Origin: Bacteroidales bacterium | GTDB lineage: Bacteria; Bacteroidota; Bacteroidia; Bacteroidales; UBA1715 | DNA length: 64,000 bases | Direction of reading: 5' to 3' | Assembly: GCA_024409235.1 (NCBI GenBank) | Contig: JAKSUA010000003.1 | Location: 137,309 to 201,308, forward strand | Program-made: the position numbers and the translations under genes | The notes under the pieces: model-generated | The model's input: only the letters and a program-made list of their open reading frames with translations | The model's database searches: none | What the model was told of the DNA's origin: nothing | Shown here: positions 1-11,685 of the stretch, piece after piece | Layout: every line of letters starts with the position of its first letter | How positions within the stretch are numbered: the stretch's first letter is position 1

Positions 1-101
1 TTTTCCAACAATTCAAAAGAACCATTGCTTCCAGGAAGATTAATTTGTTTTGCTTCTCCTGAGAACAAGCTTGCTGTTGGTGTAATTATATCAATTGTCA
101 T
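1..101 (-). CDS. atpC: F0F1 ATP synthase subunit epsilon, N-terminal part only (gene runs off the left edge)
   Basis: The reverse complement has ATG at 101..99, then MTIDIITPTASLFSGEAKQINLPGSNGSFELLE with no stop. It starts 7 nt after the atpD stop, in the usual atpD-atpC order. It is absent from the ORF track because no stop lies in the window. Confidence 0.75.
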   Translation of the reverse strand, partial: MTIDIITPTASLFSGEAKQINLPGSNGSFELLE

Positions 102-108
102 CTTTCAA

Positions 109-1629
<1,521 letters not shown>

Positions 1630-1658
1630 TTAGATTTATTTTATTTTGTACGTTACCA

Positions 1659-1666
1659 CAAAATTA
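1659..1666 (-). promoter_or_regulatory. Bacteroidetes-type -7 box (TAATTTTG on minus strand) upstream of atpD
   Basis: Perfect match to the TAnnTTTG consensus, 42 nt upstream of the atpD ATG in an AT-rich divergent intergenic region. Confidence 0.4.
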
Positions 1667-1792
1667 CTTTTTTTTTGAATATCACAAAAGAAATTGCATC
1701 TTTTTATATTAAGAACTAAAAGGATTTTTATGATAGAGTGTAATTCTATATTTTCTTGAGTCCGATTTTTATCTGCATAAAATATATTGTTT

Positions 1793-1800
1793 TATTTTTG
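1793..1800 (+). promoter_or_regulatory. Bacteroidetes-type -7 box (TATTTTTG) upstream of the glycosyltransferase gene
   Basis: Perfect TAnnTTTG match, 17 nt before ATG 1817. It lies inside the TTG-initiated longest ORF (1787), which favours the ATG at 1817. Confidence 0.4.
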
Positions 1801-1816
1801 CAAATATTTATTGTCT

Positions 1817-3061
1817 ATGGCAGAGGAAAACAAAAAAATCGGCATTCTTTACGTTTCTTACGATGGAATGACGGACAATCTTGGGCAATCACAAGTGATA
1901 CCATATCTTCAAGGACTCAGTAAGTTAGGTTATTCTATTCATATTCTTAGCTGTGAAAAGGCTCAGGTGTACAAGAAAAGAAGTGCGTATATTTCCAAAT
2001 TGTTGGAAAAGTCAGAAATAATGTGGCATCCTCTTCAATATACAGAAAGGCCTGCTGTTGTTTCTACTTTGTTTGATATGCACCGAATGCAAAATGAAGC
2101 AGTCAAAATAATATCTGATTTTGAAAATAATATACAACTACTACATTGTAGAAGTTATATCAGTGCTCATATAGGCGTTTTTTGTAAAAAGAAATTTCAT
2201 ATTCCGTGGATATTCGACATGCGTGGTTTTTGGGCAGACGAACGTGTTGAAGGTGGTTTATGGGATACAAAGAAGACTCTTTATAAGATTGTGTACAATT
2301 ATTTTAAGAGTGCAGAAAAAAAGTTCCTTGCTGACACAAATCATATAATCAGTCTTACAGAAAATGGAGCAAACGAAATACAATCTTGGGAATCTTATCA
2401 AAACATGTCAAGACCTATTTCTGTAATACCATGCTGTGCTGATTTAAATCTTTTTAGGATATCCAAGAAAAAAAGTGAGCTTCTAAAAAAGTTACACATA
2501 GAAGAGGACAACTTTGTATTGAGTTATTTGGGTTCTTTTGGAACCTGGTACATGACGGAAGAAATGTTTGATTTCTTTAAGGTTTTGTATGAGAAGAATA
2601 ACAATGCTATCTTCTTATGTATTACGCCAGATGATCCTGATATGTTGGATTCAATAGCTATACGAAAAGATATTCCTCGTTCTGCTTTGCGTGTTGTAAA
2701 AGTAAACAGAGAAGATGTTCCTGCTTATGCGTCATTATCAGATTGGTCTGTATTTTTCATTAAACCAGTCTATTCTAAGAAAGCATCTTCGCCAACAAAG
2801 ATGGGTGAGTTACTTTCCTTAGGCATTCCAATAATCTGTAATAACGAAGTAGGAGATGTTGAATCTATTATGAAGGATTGTCCTGAGGGTTTCCTTGTGA
2901 AGGATTTTTCTTATGAAGAATATGCTCAGATTGCTGAAAAAATGCTACAAACAAAGACCGTTGACAGGGAAATGTTGAGGTCTGTCGCTGAAAAATATTA
3001 TTCTCTTGAAAAGGGAATTTGTCTTTACGAAAAAGTGTACAAATCACTGTTGAATAACTAA
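1817..3061 (+). CDS. glycosyltransferase family 4 (GT-B fold)
   Basis: ORF 1787..3061. I prefer ATG 1817 (MAEENKKIGILYVSYDG...). The N-terminal Glyco_trans_4-like and C-terminal GT1-like halves (SPTKMGELLSLGIPIICN) are typical of GT4. Confidence 0.8.
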   Translation: MAEENKKIGILYVSYDGMTDNLGQSQVIPYLQGLSKLGYSIHILSCEKAQVYKKRSAYISKLLEKSEIMWHPLQYTERPAVVSTLFDMHRMQNEAVKIISDFENNIQLLHCRSYISAHIGVFCKKKFHIPWIFDMRGFWADERVEGGLWDTKKTLYKIVYNYFKSAEKKFLADTNHIISLTENGANEIQSWESYQNMSRPISVIPCCADLNLFRISKKKSELLKKLHIEEDNFVLSYLGSFGTWYMTEEMFDFFKVLYEKNNNAIFLCITPDDPDMLDSIAIRKDIPRSALRVVKVNREDVPAYASLSDWSVFFIKPVYSKKASSPTKMGELLSLGIPIICNNEVGDVESIMKDCPEGFLVKDFSYEEYAQIAEKMLQTKTVDREMLRSVAEKYYSLEKGICLYEKVYKSLLNN

Positions 3062-3093
3062 AAAAAGGATTGTATAACACAATCCTTTTTTTG
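3060..3093. terminator. bidirectional rho-independent terminator (GT4 / esterase convergent pair)
   Basis: 9-bp perfect stem AAGGATTGT/ACAATCCTT with a 5-nt loop, flanked by an A-run on the left and a T-run on the right. Confidence 0.75.
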
Positions 3094-3111
3094 TTTAGTT
3101 TTACAACAGTA

Positions 3112-4467
3112 TTACTTAGTACAGATATTATTGTTTTCCAAGTATTTAATTAGCTTTTCAGCCATTTTTGCCTGCTGTGCTGCACAAGGATGCCAATCTG
3201 CTCCAGTTCCTGCAGTTGCAGTAAAATCATAGCGGTAAATTGATTCAGGTCTTAAAGTGTTGTAATCAGTTTGAATTTTATTAAGAATTTGTTTTACTGC
3301 TTTTTGTGCAGTTGCATTCATCATGCTTCCAGTTAAAAGTACAGCTTTGGCATTTGGATAATGAGAGAATACTTTGTCAAGCAATCCACGGAAACTATTG
3401 TCATATTTTGTGGAATCGAAAGTTTCCATTTCCCAAGTGTCGTTTGTTCCAAGATTTATGAAAACAACATCTGGAGTATATTTAGAAAAATCCCACTTTT
3501 TAGAGCTTTGTAACCAAAGTTTCTCGTAATTATCAGGCATTGATCCATATCCTTCTGCATGGTCTGCATTGCCATAATTACGATAGATTCCTATGCCAGA
3601 ACGTGCTACAACCATGATTTCCGCATTGAAAGCTTTTGCTGTAGCATACGAATAAGTGTGACAGAAATTTGAAACAGAATCTCTAAATTCAGAACGATCA
3701 GTCACTTCTGTTCCGTAGCCGCAAGTGATGGAATTTCCTATAAATTCAAATTTAATGCTTTTTTCTGCAGGTTTAGAAAGTTCTGCTTGTTCATCAATTT
3801 CAAATCCATAGAAAACAGGATTTTTATAGATTCCTTCCGAACACAATGTGACTCTTGCTGTATGAGTACCGAATTTCAAGTCTTTTGCCAACCAGTATGT
3901 TGATACGCCAGACTCTTTGCTGATTAAGTTCAGCTTCTTGCTTGAGCATATTTTAAAAGGTTCTTGGTCGTCAATTTCAATCCAATAATACGCTTCCACT
4001 CCATTGAATTTTGCATTTAAGGAAGTCCCTGTAAAATCTACAGTGAAGGAAGTTCCTGGGTATAAGTAGGATACGGATGATTCATCAATGGAGATTCGTC
4101 CTTCATAATGAATGTTTTCATCGTTTATACTGATGCTTTTCTTAGGATATTCCATGACTGTAATTTTTAAAGAATCCTTGATATTTGGTTGAAGAACATT
4201 AAAGACTACTGCCCATGTTTCTCCTGTTTTCAAACCAACAAAGGTGTTTCCCTCAACCGATGCTATTGTTTTGTCTGCGATTTCCCATGCACAATCTTTA
4301 TCTTCAGCATTTTCTGGCAAAACTTTAACTTCGACAGCGTGTTCCTCGTGTAGGTACAAAGAAATTTCTTCTTCTATACAATCTACTGTTTTAACAACAG
4401 CAGGTTCTTCTTTACATGCTACAGAAAATAATCCCGCAAACATTACACACGCAAGTATCTTTTTCAT
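3112..4467 (-). CDS. lipoprotein: Big_2-like domain + CE2-like beta-sandwich + SGNH/GDSL esterase (probable acetyl-xylan/glucomannan esterase)
   Basis: Lipoprotein signal (LFSVAC). SGNH blocks are FIGNSITCGYG (block I), NLGTNDT (block III) and DWHP (block V). An N-terminal Ig-like segment precedes a beta-sandwich. Confidence 0.7.
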   Translation of the reverse strand: MKKILACVMFAGLFSVACKEEPAVVKTVDCIEEEISLYLHEEHAVEVKVLPENAEDKDCAWEIADKTIASVEGNTFVGLKTGETWAVVFNVLQPNIKDSLKITVMEYPKKSISINDENIHYEGRISIDESSVSYLYPGTSFTVDFTGTSLNAKFNGVEAYYWIEIDDQEPFKICSSKKLNLISKESGVSTYWLAKDLKFGTHTARVTLCSEGIYKNPVFYGFEIDEQAELSKPAEKSIKFEFIGNSITCGYGTEVTDRSEFRDSVSNFCHTYSYATAKAFNAEIMVVARSGIGIYRNYGNADHAEGYGSMPDNYEKLWLQSSKKWDFSKYTPDVVFINLGTNDTWEMETFDSTKYDNSFRGLLDKVFSHYPNAKAVLLTGSMMNATAQKAVKQILNKIQTDYNTLRPESIYRYDFTATAGTGADWHPCAAQQAKMAEKLIKYLENNNICTK

Positions 4468-4493
4468 TTTTCAAATAAATTAATTTGCCAAAT

Positions 4494-4534
4494 GTAAAAA
4501 GAAAAGGACAAACTCAAATGGGTTAGTCCTTTTC
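4494..4534 (-). terminator. rho-independent terminator after the DUF1573 gene
   Basis: 9-bp stem GAAAAGGAC/GTCCTTTTC, followed on the minus strand by a T-run (A-run 4496..4500 on plus). Confidence 0.6.
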
Positions 4535-4552
4535 TTTGCTAAAAATATTCTT

Positions 4553-4993
4553 TTATTTTTTATTTTTTGAAACAACTGTTCCTGTGAAAACCAAGGTTTG
4601 TTCTGTTGGTTTTGCATTTGATGTCACTATTGCTGTTTTAGAGAATTTCCCTCCTGTCGCAGCATCAAAAGTAACACCGATCTCACCACGTTGTCCAGGC
4701 ATGATAGGAGTTTTAGGCCAAACCGCATCAGTACAGTTACATGCAGGTTCCACTTTTGAGATAATTAAAGGTGCATTTCCCGTGTTTGTAAATTCAAAAA
4801 CCACGTCAACTGGAATGCCTTGAGGAATTTCCCCGAAATTATAGGAATCTTTATCCCATGTGATTACAGGAGCTTTTAGATCTCCTACGCTTAATTGCTT
4901 GTTTTCGTTAGGATCACCCCATTGTGCAAATCCGAAGAATGGAAGAATACTTGCAAATACTACTGCTAAAATAACTCGTTTCATAATTTTCAA
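4553..4993 (-). CDS. DUF1573 domain-containing secreted protein
   Basis: Signal peptide, then FNFGEIPQG...FEFTNTGNAPLIISKVEPACNCT...GEIGVTF, the characteristic DUF1573 pattern. Confidence 0.75.
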   Translation of the reverse strand: MKIMKRVILAVVFASILPFFGFAQWGDPNENKQLSVGDLKAPVITWDKDSYNFGEIPQGIPVDVVFEFTNTGNAPLIISKVEPACNCTDAVWPKTPIMPGQRGEIGVTFDAATGGKFSKTAIVTSNAKPTEQTLVFTGTVVSKNKK

Positions 4994-5132
4994 TTTTTAA
5001 ATTAGACAAATAACGTAATAAAAAAGTTACGTTCAAAAATCTTTTTTACTGTAAACAAAAACCTTGCCAAAGAAATTCTATCTCATAGTTTGGTAGATTC
5101 ATTAAAAAACAATTATTTTGCATTACAGTTAT

Positions 5133-5204
5133 GGCGAATTCGTCTAATGGCTAGGACACCACCCTCTCACGGTGGATATTCGGGTTCGAATCCCGGATTC
5201 GCTA
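5133..5204 (+). tRNA. tRNA-Glu (anticodon CTC)
   Basis: Cloverleaf by hand. Acceptor GGCGAAT/ATTCGCT, anticodon stem CCACC/GGTGG with loop CTCTCAC, T-arm GGGTTCGAATCCC. Ends are +/- 1-2 nt. Confidence 0.85.
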
Positions 5205-5266
5205 CTTAGAATTTTAATAACGCCTTAGCAATCAATTGTTAAGACGTTATTAATTTATTCGTAAAA

Positions 5267-5938
5267 ATGAAACAATTAAATTTTGTAGGAAAACTTTCAT
5301 TAATTGGAATCCTTTGTTTTTTCTGTGCTGTTCAATTGTCGTTTGCCCAAGGTAAAGCCACAAAGCAAGTAAAGGCACAGGTAAAAGGATCATATTGGAA
5401 TTTTGAAAAAGCGGTTAGAGATAAAGAAGGGGAGATTGCCGTACTATGTCTTGATAGTAAATCTATTGCATACTATGACTCAATGGTAAATTTAATAAAG
5501 ACTGCCGATTCGTCGCAGGTTGCCGCTTTGCCATTTTCAGAAATGCTTTGTGTGTTGAATTTCCGTCAGTTGTATTTGACTAATCAAATAGAACTAGATA
5601 TAGCAAATTTAGATGGAACAAGTTTTTATGTGTCGAGTGTAAATCTTGGTTTGACAAATCCTCCGAAATGGACTTTAGGTGACATTTCTTGTCATGGTAA
5701 TTCTGCACAGGCACAATGTATGGATGGGAAAACAGTATTGCCGATTTCTCTTGATTTTAATATGGAAAGGGGGTTGTGGCGAATTGACATAACTACGATA
5801 ATGGAATTTGTTAATAATGTTATGTCTGAATTATGTAGTAAGTCAGATAGGACTGTAAAGGATTTGATAGTTAAATCCCTATCAGGAAACTTTGGTGAGT
5901 TACATACAGATGTTTGGAAACCTTTGATTAAGCAATAG
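5267..5938 (+). CDS. hypothetical secreted protein
   Basis: 223-aa ORF with an N-terminal signal peptide (LSFAQG). I recognise no motif. Confidence 0.55.
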   Translation: MKQLNFVGKLSLIGILCFFCAVQLSFAQGKATKQVKAQVKGSYWNFEKAVRDKEGEIAVLCLDSKSIAYYDSMVNLIKTADSSQVAALPFSEMLCVLNFRQLYLTNQIELDIANLDGTSFYVSSVNLGLTNPPKWTLGDISCHGNSAQAQCMDGKTVLPISLDFNMERGLWRIDITTIMEFVNNVMSELCSKSDRTVKDLIVKSLSGNFGELHTDVWKPLIKQ

Positions 5939-5978
5939 TTTCCATAGAAAACCTTTAATTTCTTCAGAGTTTTTTATT

Positions 5979-7262
5979 CTAGAACTCGTATTTGTCGTTC
6001 CACAGCGACTGCAGATATTGTTTAGTATCTTGTTCTCTTTTGTTTGTCGCTGCCTTCCAAAAAGATGCATTACTCAATTCTTTTGGTAAGAATTCCTGTT
6101 TAACAAAGTGTCCAGGATAATCATGAGAATATTTATATCCATCTCCGTAATCAAGTTGACGCATTAATTTTGTAGGTGCGTTTCGTAAATGTAAAGGAAC
6201 TGGTAGCATACCGGAATGTTTGACTTCTTCCAAGGCTGCGTTAATGGCAAGATATGCGGAATTACTTTTTGGTGATGTGGCAAGATAAACCGTTGTTTCA
6301 GAAAGAATTATTCTTGCTTCTGGCATTCCTATAACCGAAACGGCATTAAAACAGCTTTGTGCCAATAAAAGTGCGTTTGGATTTGCTAATCCAATGTCTT
6401 CAGATGCTGATATAAGTAATCTGCGGGCAATAAATTTAATATCCTCGCCTCCTTCAAGCATTCTGGCAAGCCAATAGACTGCTGCATTAGGATCACTTCC
6501 ACGAATAGATTTGATAAAAGCAGATATTATATCGTAATGTTGTTCGCCGCCTTTGTCATACAATGCAATATTTTCTTGTAAGGTGTTGGTAACTATATCG
6601 TTTGTGATTACGATCTGTTCTTTTCCAAACTGAGCGTTGATAACAATTTCTAAAACATTTAATAATTTTCGAGCATCACCTCCTGAAAAACGCATTAAAG
6701 CTTCATCTTCTTCAATGACGATATTCATCTTTTTTAAAACGACGTCGTCGTGCAATGCTTTTTGTATTAATGTTTGTAAATCATCACGTTCTAAGGATTT
6801 TAATACATATACTTGACAACGTGATAATAATGGAGAAATCACTTCGAACGAAGGATTTTCTGTTGTTGCACCAATCAATGTAACTGTGCCGTTTTCTACA
6901 GCAGCAAGTAAAGAATCCTGCTGTGATTTGTTAAAGCGATGGATTTCGTCTATGAAAAGTAACGGATTCGGAGCGTCGAAAAATTGAGAATGTTTTGCTT
7001 TGTCAAGAACTTCGCGTACTTCCTTGACTCCGGAATTAACAGCACTTAATGTGAAAAAAGGCCTTTCAAGACTTTGAGAAATAATTTGTGCTAAAGTTGT
7101 TTTCCCTACTCCAGGAGGCCCCCATAAAATCATAGAAGAAATTTTTCCTGACTCTATAGTATTTCGTAGAACAGCACCTTTGGCAACCAAGTGCTCTTGG
7201 CCCAAATAATCATCAAGAGACTTTGGTCTCATTCGTTCCGCTAAAGGCTGTTGCAAACTCAT
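5979..7262 (-). CDS. rarA: replication-associated recombination protein A (AAA+ ATPase, MgsA/RarA)
   Basis: MSLQQPLAERMRPKSLDDYLGQEHL, Walker A GPPGVGKTT, Walker B LFIDEIHRF, and the C-terminal MgsA domain (YDIISAFIKSIRGSDPNAAVYWLARML). Confidence 0.95.
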   Translation of the reverse strand: MSLQQPLAERMRPKSLDDYLGQEHLVAKGAVLRNTIESGKISSMILWGPPGVGKTTLAQIISQSLERPFFTLSAVNSGVKEVREVLDKAKHSQFFDAPNPLLFIDEIHRFNKSQQDSLLAAVENGTVTLIGATTENPSFEVISPLLSRCQVYVLKSLERDDLQTLIQKALHDDVVLKKMNIVIEEDEALMRFSGGDARKLLNVLEIVINAQFGKEQIVITNDIVTNTLQENIALYDKGGEQHYDIISAFIKSIRGSDPNAAVYWLARMLEGGEDIKFIARRLLISASEDIGLANPNALLLAQSCFNAVSVIGMPEARIILSETTVYLATSPKSNSAYLAINAALEEVKHSGMLPVPLHLRNAPTKLMRQLDYGDGYKYSHDYPGHFVKQEFLPKELSNASFWKAATNKREQDTKQYLQSLWNDKYEF

Positions 7263-8056
7263 AGTGTGCCTTGTCTTTGTTTTATTAAGGTTTCAACTTG
7301 TTCCGGAGAGGTTAGTTTGAAATATTCGCCATGAAGGAAATATGAAACATCTCCCGTTTGTTCCGAAACGACAAGAGTTAATGTGTCGGTTTCTTCGCTC
7401 ATTCCCATTGCAGAACGATGCCTCATACCAAAACCTAACGGAAGATCCAGTTTTTTAGACATTGGCAACATACATTTTGCAGCAATGATTTTTCGTCCTA
7501 CAATTACTACTGCACCGTCGTGTAGCGGAGTGTTTTTGTAAAAGATATTTTGAAGCAGGGCAGATGAAATTCTAGATTCTATCAGCTCACCTGTTTGAAT
7601 ATGTGACAAAATGGTTTCTTTGTTTTTTGCGATAACAATCAATGCACCTGTTTTCGATTCGGCCATTGTAAAAAGTGCATTAGATATTTCTGGAATTGCA
7701 TCGGTTGGCACAAGTTCCTGACTAACATTTAAAAATTTTGCAAGTCGTTTTCTCCCTTGTGACCGAAGATAACGGTTTCCAACCATTGTTAGGAATCTGC
7801 GGATTTCTGTTTGAAAGAGTATTACTAATGCTAATCCACCAATGCTGATAAATTGTCCGAAGATTCTGGTCAGCATTTCCATGTGCAAAGCCCGTACAAC
7901 TAACCAAATAACATAAAAAGCTATAATACCAAGAAACACATTCATTCCCGCTGTTCCGCGAATCAACTTGTAGATTTCGTACATAAGAAGAGCTACAAGG
8001 AAAATATCCACGAAGTCAACAAATTGAAATGAAATAAACAATGGCATCATACGCAT
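7259..8056 (-). CDS. cdaA: diadenylate cyclase CdaA (membrane-anchored DAC domain)
   Basis: Three N-terminal TM helices and DAC motifs TPLHDGAVVI and GMRHRSA. The stop overlaps the rarA start by 4 nt. Confidence 0.92.
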   Translation of the reverse strand: MRMMPLFISFQFVDFVDIFLVALLMYEIYKLIRGTAGMNVFLGIIAFYVIWLVVRALHMEMLTRIFGQFISIGGLALVILFQTEIRRFLTMVGNRYLRSQGRKRLAKFLNVSQELVPTDAIPEISNALFTMAESKTGALIVIAKNKETILSHIQTGELIESRISSALLQNIFYKNTPLHDGAVVIVGRKIIAAKCMLPMSKKLDLPLGFGMRHRSAMGMSEETDTLTLVVSEQTGDVSYFLHGEYFKLTSPEQVETLIKQRQGTL

Positions 8057-8094
8057 TTCTGAATTGTTCCAAAGATATAAAACTTACCTGAAAT

Positions 8095-11000
8095 CTATTC
8101 TTTTTGAAGAGGCAGTTTTACGAAAAATGTCGTTCCCACATCAACTTGAGTCTCGTACCAAATTTCCCCGTGACAACTTTCCACTATGTTTTTACAAATA
8201 GCAAGACCGAAGCCACTTCCTGTTGATTTTGTAGTAAAATGTAGTTCAAAAATATGTTCTTTCGCTTCAGTGTCAATGCCGCGGCCGTTGTCTTTAACTG
8301 CAATTAGAGCGAAGTCATTGCTTTCGTTTAGGGAAAGTTCTATTTCTCCTTGTTTTCCCGAAGGTATAGCCTGTACAGCATTTTTAACAAGATTGTTAAA
8401 TAAACGCATTGTTTTTTCCTTGTCTGCTAAAACAAAAAGAGTTTTTTCTGGCAAATTTGATGATACCACAATATTTTCTTCTTGATTAAACAGAACAGCA
8501 CAATTTTGCAATAATTCGTTGATATTTATTGGCTCGATAACAACCTTTGAAAGTTTTGCAAAATCAGAGAATGATGTTGCGGTATCTGCAAGAGTATCAA
8601 TTTGTTCAATGATTGTTTTCGATATGGATTTTAGTCTTTTCTCAAATTTTTCATCTTTTTCATCCCATGAACGATTCAACAATTGAATGCTTAATTTCAT
8701 TGGAGTAAGCGGATTTTTTATTTCGTGGGCAATTTGCCGAGCCATTTCGCGCCATGCCATTTCACGTTCTGCTTTTGCCAGCTTATCTGCACTTACAGAA
8801 AGTTGTTCAATCATTGTGTTGTAATTTTCCAATAAACCATGTAACTCTTCTGGAGCTTTTATGTTTATCTTTTCGTTTTCGGCACCTATGGAAACATTCT
8901 TCATTTTGTTTTGCAGTGCAATCAGTGGAGTGGAAATTTTCCTTGCAATAAATACGGATAGAATTGTGGCAAAAATCAATAGGATAACAAGCAAATTCAG
9001 TAAGCCGACGATTAATCCGGCAAATTGTTGCTTGAACTCTTCTTGGTTAGAAAAATTAGGAAGGTTTAAATATCCTAGCACTTGATTTTGGCTATTAGTA
9101 ATAGTGTAATATGATGACATAAAGTGAAGATTCTCAATATTGGTTTCATGAGAAAACGACATCCGATTTTTCTCTATTAATTGATAGAAAGCACGAACAG
9201 TCATTTTTTCGTTAACGAGTTTAAACTGAAAGATTTCCGGTCGTGACGAGGCAATGAGATTACCATCTGCGTCGTAAAAATTTATATCTACAGAGTGAAT
9301 ATTCGCTAAATCTGTCAAGATGTTTTGTATTTCAGATTGTTCATTTTTAGTAATTACTCCATAATCTTGATAAAAGAGGGAGAATTCTTTTGCAACTGCG
9401 TGAATTTTTTCTTCCAAAAAGTTTTGTTGCTGACGGTCATTTCGTGCTTTTACAAAAGCTATTCCTCCTATTATTACAATGAAAAACGAGCCGATTAAAA
9501 GACCAACAAGTGATGTTCTAATTTGATTAGACAAAGAATATTTCTGTTCTCTTCTTTTTCCAAAGAAACATCTCTCGAAAATTAAAAGCAAAACGAAGAA
9601 AATAAGGAATATGTATGGAAACCACATTAAATAGTTGGTCCATTTTAAGGTTCTTCGACTTACAATTACGGAATATTGTTCGTTGATTTTGTAGATTAAA
9701 TGATTTACGTGATGTTGTTCGTCAACAACTGTGGTGAATGTTTCGTCAGTTTTTAGAGCAAGTTTTTGTGAGTATGGACATTTTCCACGTTTTGAAACGA
9801 GAATACCGTTTTTGTATTTTGCAGATGAAAAAACGGTTTGTTCTTTAGATGTGACATCGTTGTCTAACAAAATTTTGGGATATCCATAGTCTTGTGATGT
9901 TTGTTTTGAATGTAGTTCTATGTACAATTTTGAAGCAGCACCATTTTGCAGATTGAATTGGATAGAGTCAAAATAAGTGATATTGCCATCCTGATTGTTA
10001 ACATAATAATAATTAGTGTCAGAAATACTTTTCCCGCTGACCAACAATTTCTGTTTAAAGTATTTTTCGCAGTTCGATAGTTGATTTGTTTGAGAGAAGA
10101 CAGAATCTGTTCCACAAACAGTACATTCCAATTCGTATTGTTTCAGCATTCCTCCGAAATATGTTTTCTGAAGATATTCTTTTATTTCAACATCTTTGTT
10201 GTCAGATTCCTTCATCAGTTTGTCCAATTTCTTGTCAGAGCGTGTTGATTTATAAACGCTTGACAGTAAGGATTCTGCAACGGGATCTTGCTCGTTAGCT
10301 AATTCAACCGCTAATGTTTGTTGTTGAGAATCATTCTTTTTATTTAGATACAAACTCGTTGTAGCTTCTACATAAATAACTGAGATTATAAGGAATATAA
10401 GTTTCAGGAAAAACTTTGGCTCCTCTATTTTTTTTAAATATGCTAAAGAAACAATAGGAATAACCGAAACGAGAAAAAAACCAGTCAGATTTCCGTAAAA
10501 ATCAGATGTTTTTTTGAGTAAAAAAACGCAGAAAGGGAAAAGAACACAGAACAAAAGAAGTATTGTAAATGAATGCTTTTTCTGGAATTCACAGGATTTT
10601 GCGTATTTGAAAACAAACACAAAATAAATAAACAGCAAGAATGCTTCAATAAAATACGCGAGAAAACTTGCAATGTTCGTACTCAGCAGATTATAGAGCT
10701 CCAGATTTATGTCTGAGCGAGATCCCAGTGCTTTTATAAATCCAGTTGCTGTTCCACAAATGCAGAACGAAATAATAACAAAAAGAAGATGATATAAATA
10801 TTCATATTTACAACAATTCTTGAATGTAAATACAAAGTAAGCTATAACAACGGTTATAGTAAATTGATTAAATAACTGATAAGAAAGCTCGTTTGTCAAA
10901 ATCTTTGAATGCCAGCATAAAAACAATCCGAGTGCTACAATGAGGCTGTTCTTACAGAATCTTGCAAGTGTATTTTTCTGTGGTATTGTTGCGCAGAATA

Positions 11001-11655
11001 ATAAGAGAAATACAAATGCAATAAGATAACAAAGCATTGCTTGGAAAGAATATTCTTTTTCTGAACACACAGCATTGTTTTGAGCTATTGCCATCAGGAA
11101 GTCGCCCTGAATGTCATTAATGGAAAAAGAATCACATGGATCTTCGAAAATCTCTACTGATTCATCTAAGTCAAAATCTTTTTGAAATGTGTTAGAAATG
11201 TATTCGTTTTCAAAAGGGTACTGATTTTTTATCAAGGACAACACAAAATATTCTCGTTTTGTTGTTTTCTTATAAGTCAACAAATACCATGCATTGCCGC
11301 TGAAAAATAATTTTGAATTGTTTTTCTGTAGTAAATAGTGTGATGAAATCACATTATTAGACCAGTATAAAAGCTGCCTATTTTCAAAAACAAAGAATTG
11401 AATATCACGATTTGCTAATTTTTTTTCTTCGTTCAGGCGAAATGTTTCAAAGGTTTCAAAACTAGAAGTGTCAGATAAGTTTATTAGTCGGGAACAAAGT
11501 TCTTCGGCTCTTTTTTCTTTTTCATTTACAACTTTCTGAACTTTTTTAGCTTGTTTTTCAGAAAGGACTTCTTTAGAAGTATAAAAATTGAAGAAAGCTC
11601 CTATTACTGTAAAAAGAAGAGCGATGAAAAGATATTTATACTTCAGAAAATGCAT
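8095..11655 (-). CDS. large multi-pass membrane sensor histidine kinase (NtrY-like HisKA + HATPase_c)
   Basis: H-box EMARQIAHEIKNPLTPMKLS, N-box LFNNLVKNAVQA, G-boxes DNGRGI and GSGFGLAICK. About a dozen hydrophobic stretches by eye, and two extracytoplasmic segments. ATG 11655 (MHFLKYKY) is preferred over the upstream alternative start at 11697 (longest ORF), because a perfect -7 box lies at 11686..11693. Confidence 0.85.
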   Translation of the reverse strand: MHFLKYKYLFIALLFTVIGAFFNFYTSKEVLSEKQAKKVQKVVNEKEKRAEELCSRLINLSDTSSFETFETFRLNEEKKLANRDIQFFVFENRQLLYWSNNVISSHYLLQKNNSKLFFSGNAWYLLTYKKTTKREYFVLSLIKNQYPFENEYISNTFQKDFDLDESVEIFEDPCDSFSINDIQGDFLMAIAQNNAVCSEKEYSFQAMLCYLIAFVFLLLFCATIPQKNTLARFCKNSLIVALGLFLCWHSKILTNELSYQLFNQFTITVVIAYFVFTFKNCCKYEYLYHLLFVIISFCICGTATGFIKALGSRSDINLELYNLLSTNIASFLAYFIEAFLLFIYFVFVFKYAKSCEFQKKHSFTILLLFCVLFPFCVFLLKKTSDFYGNLTGFFLVSVIPIVSLAYLKKIEEPKFFLKLIFLIISVIYVEATTSLYLNKKNDSQQQTLAVELANEQDPVAESLLSSVYKSTRSDKKLDKLMKESDNKDVEIKEYLQKTYFGGMLKQYELECTVCGTDSVFSQTNQLSNCEKYFKQKLLVSGKSISDTNYYYVNNQDGNITYFDSIQFNLQNGAASKLYIELHSKQTSQDYGYPKILLDNDVTSKEQTVFSSAKYKNGILVSKRGKCPYSQKLALKTDETFTTVVDEQHHVNHLIYKINEQYSVIVSRRTLKWTNYLMWFPYIFLIFFVLLLIFERCFFGKRREQKYSLSNQIRTSLVGLLIGSFFIVIIGGIAFVKARNDRQQQNFLEEKIHAVAKEFSLFYQDYGVITKNEQSEIQNILTDLANIHSVDINFYDADGNLIASSRPEIFQFKLVNEKMTVRAFYQLIEKNRMSFSHETNIENLHFMSSYYTITNSQNQVLGYLNLPNFSNQEEFKQQFAGLIVGLLNLLVILLIFATILSVFIARKISTPLIALQNKMKNVSIGAENEKINIKAPEELHGLLENYNTMIEQLSVSADKLAKAEREMAWREMARQIAHEIKNPLTPMKLSIQLLNRSWDEKDEKFEKRLKSISKTIIEQIDTLADTATSFSDFAKLSKVVIEPININELLQNCAVLFNQEENIVVSSNLPEKTLFVLADKEKTMRLFNNLVKNAVQAIPSGKQGEIELSLNESNDFALIAVKDNGRGIDTEAKEHIFELHFTTKSTGSGFGLAICKNIVESCHGEIWYETQVDVGTTFFVKLPLQKE

Positions 11656-11685
11656 GATAATTAACGCAGAATTAAAATTAATCCT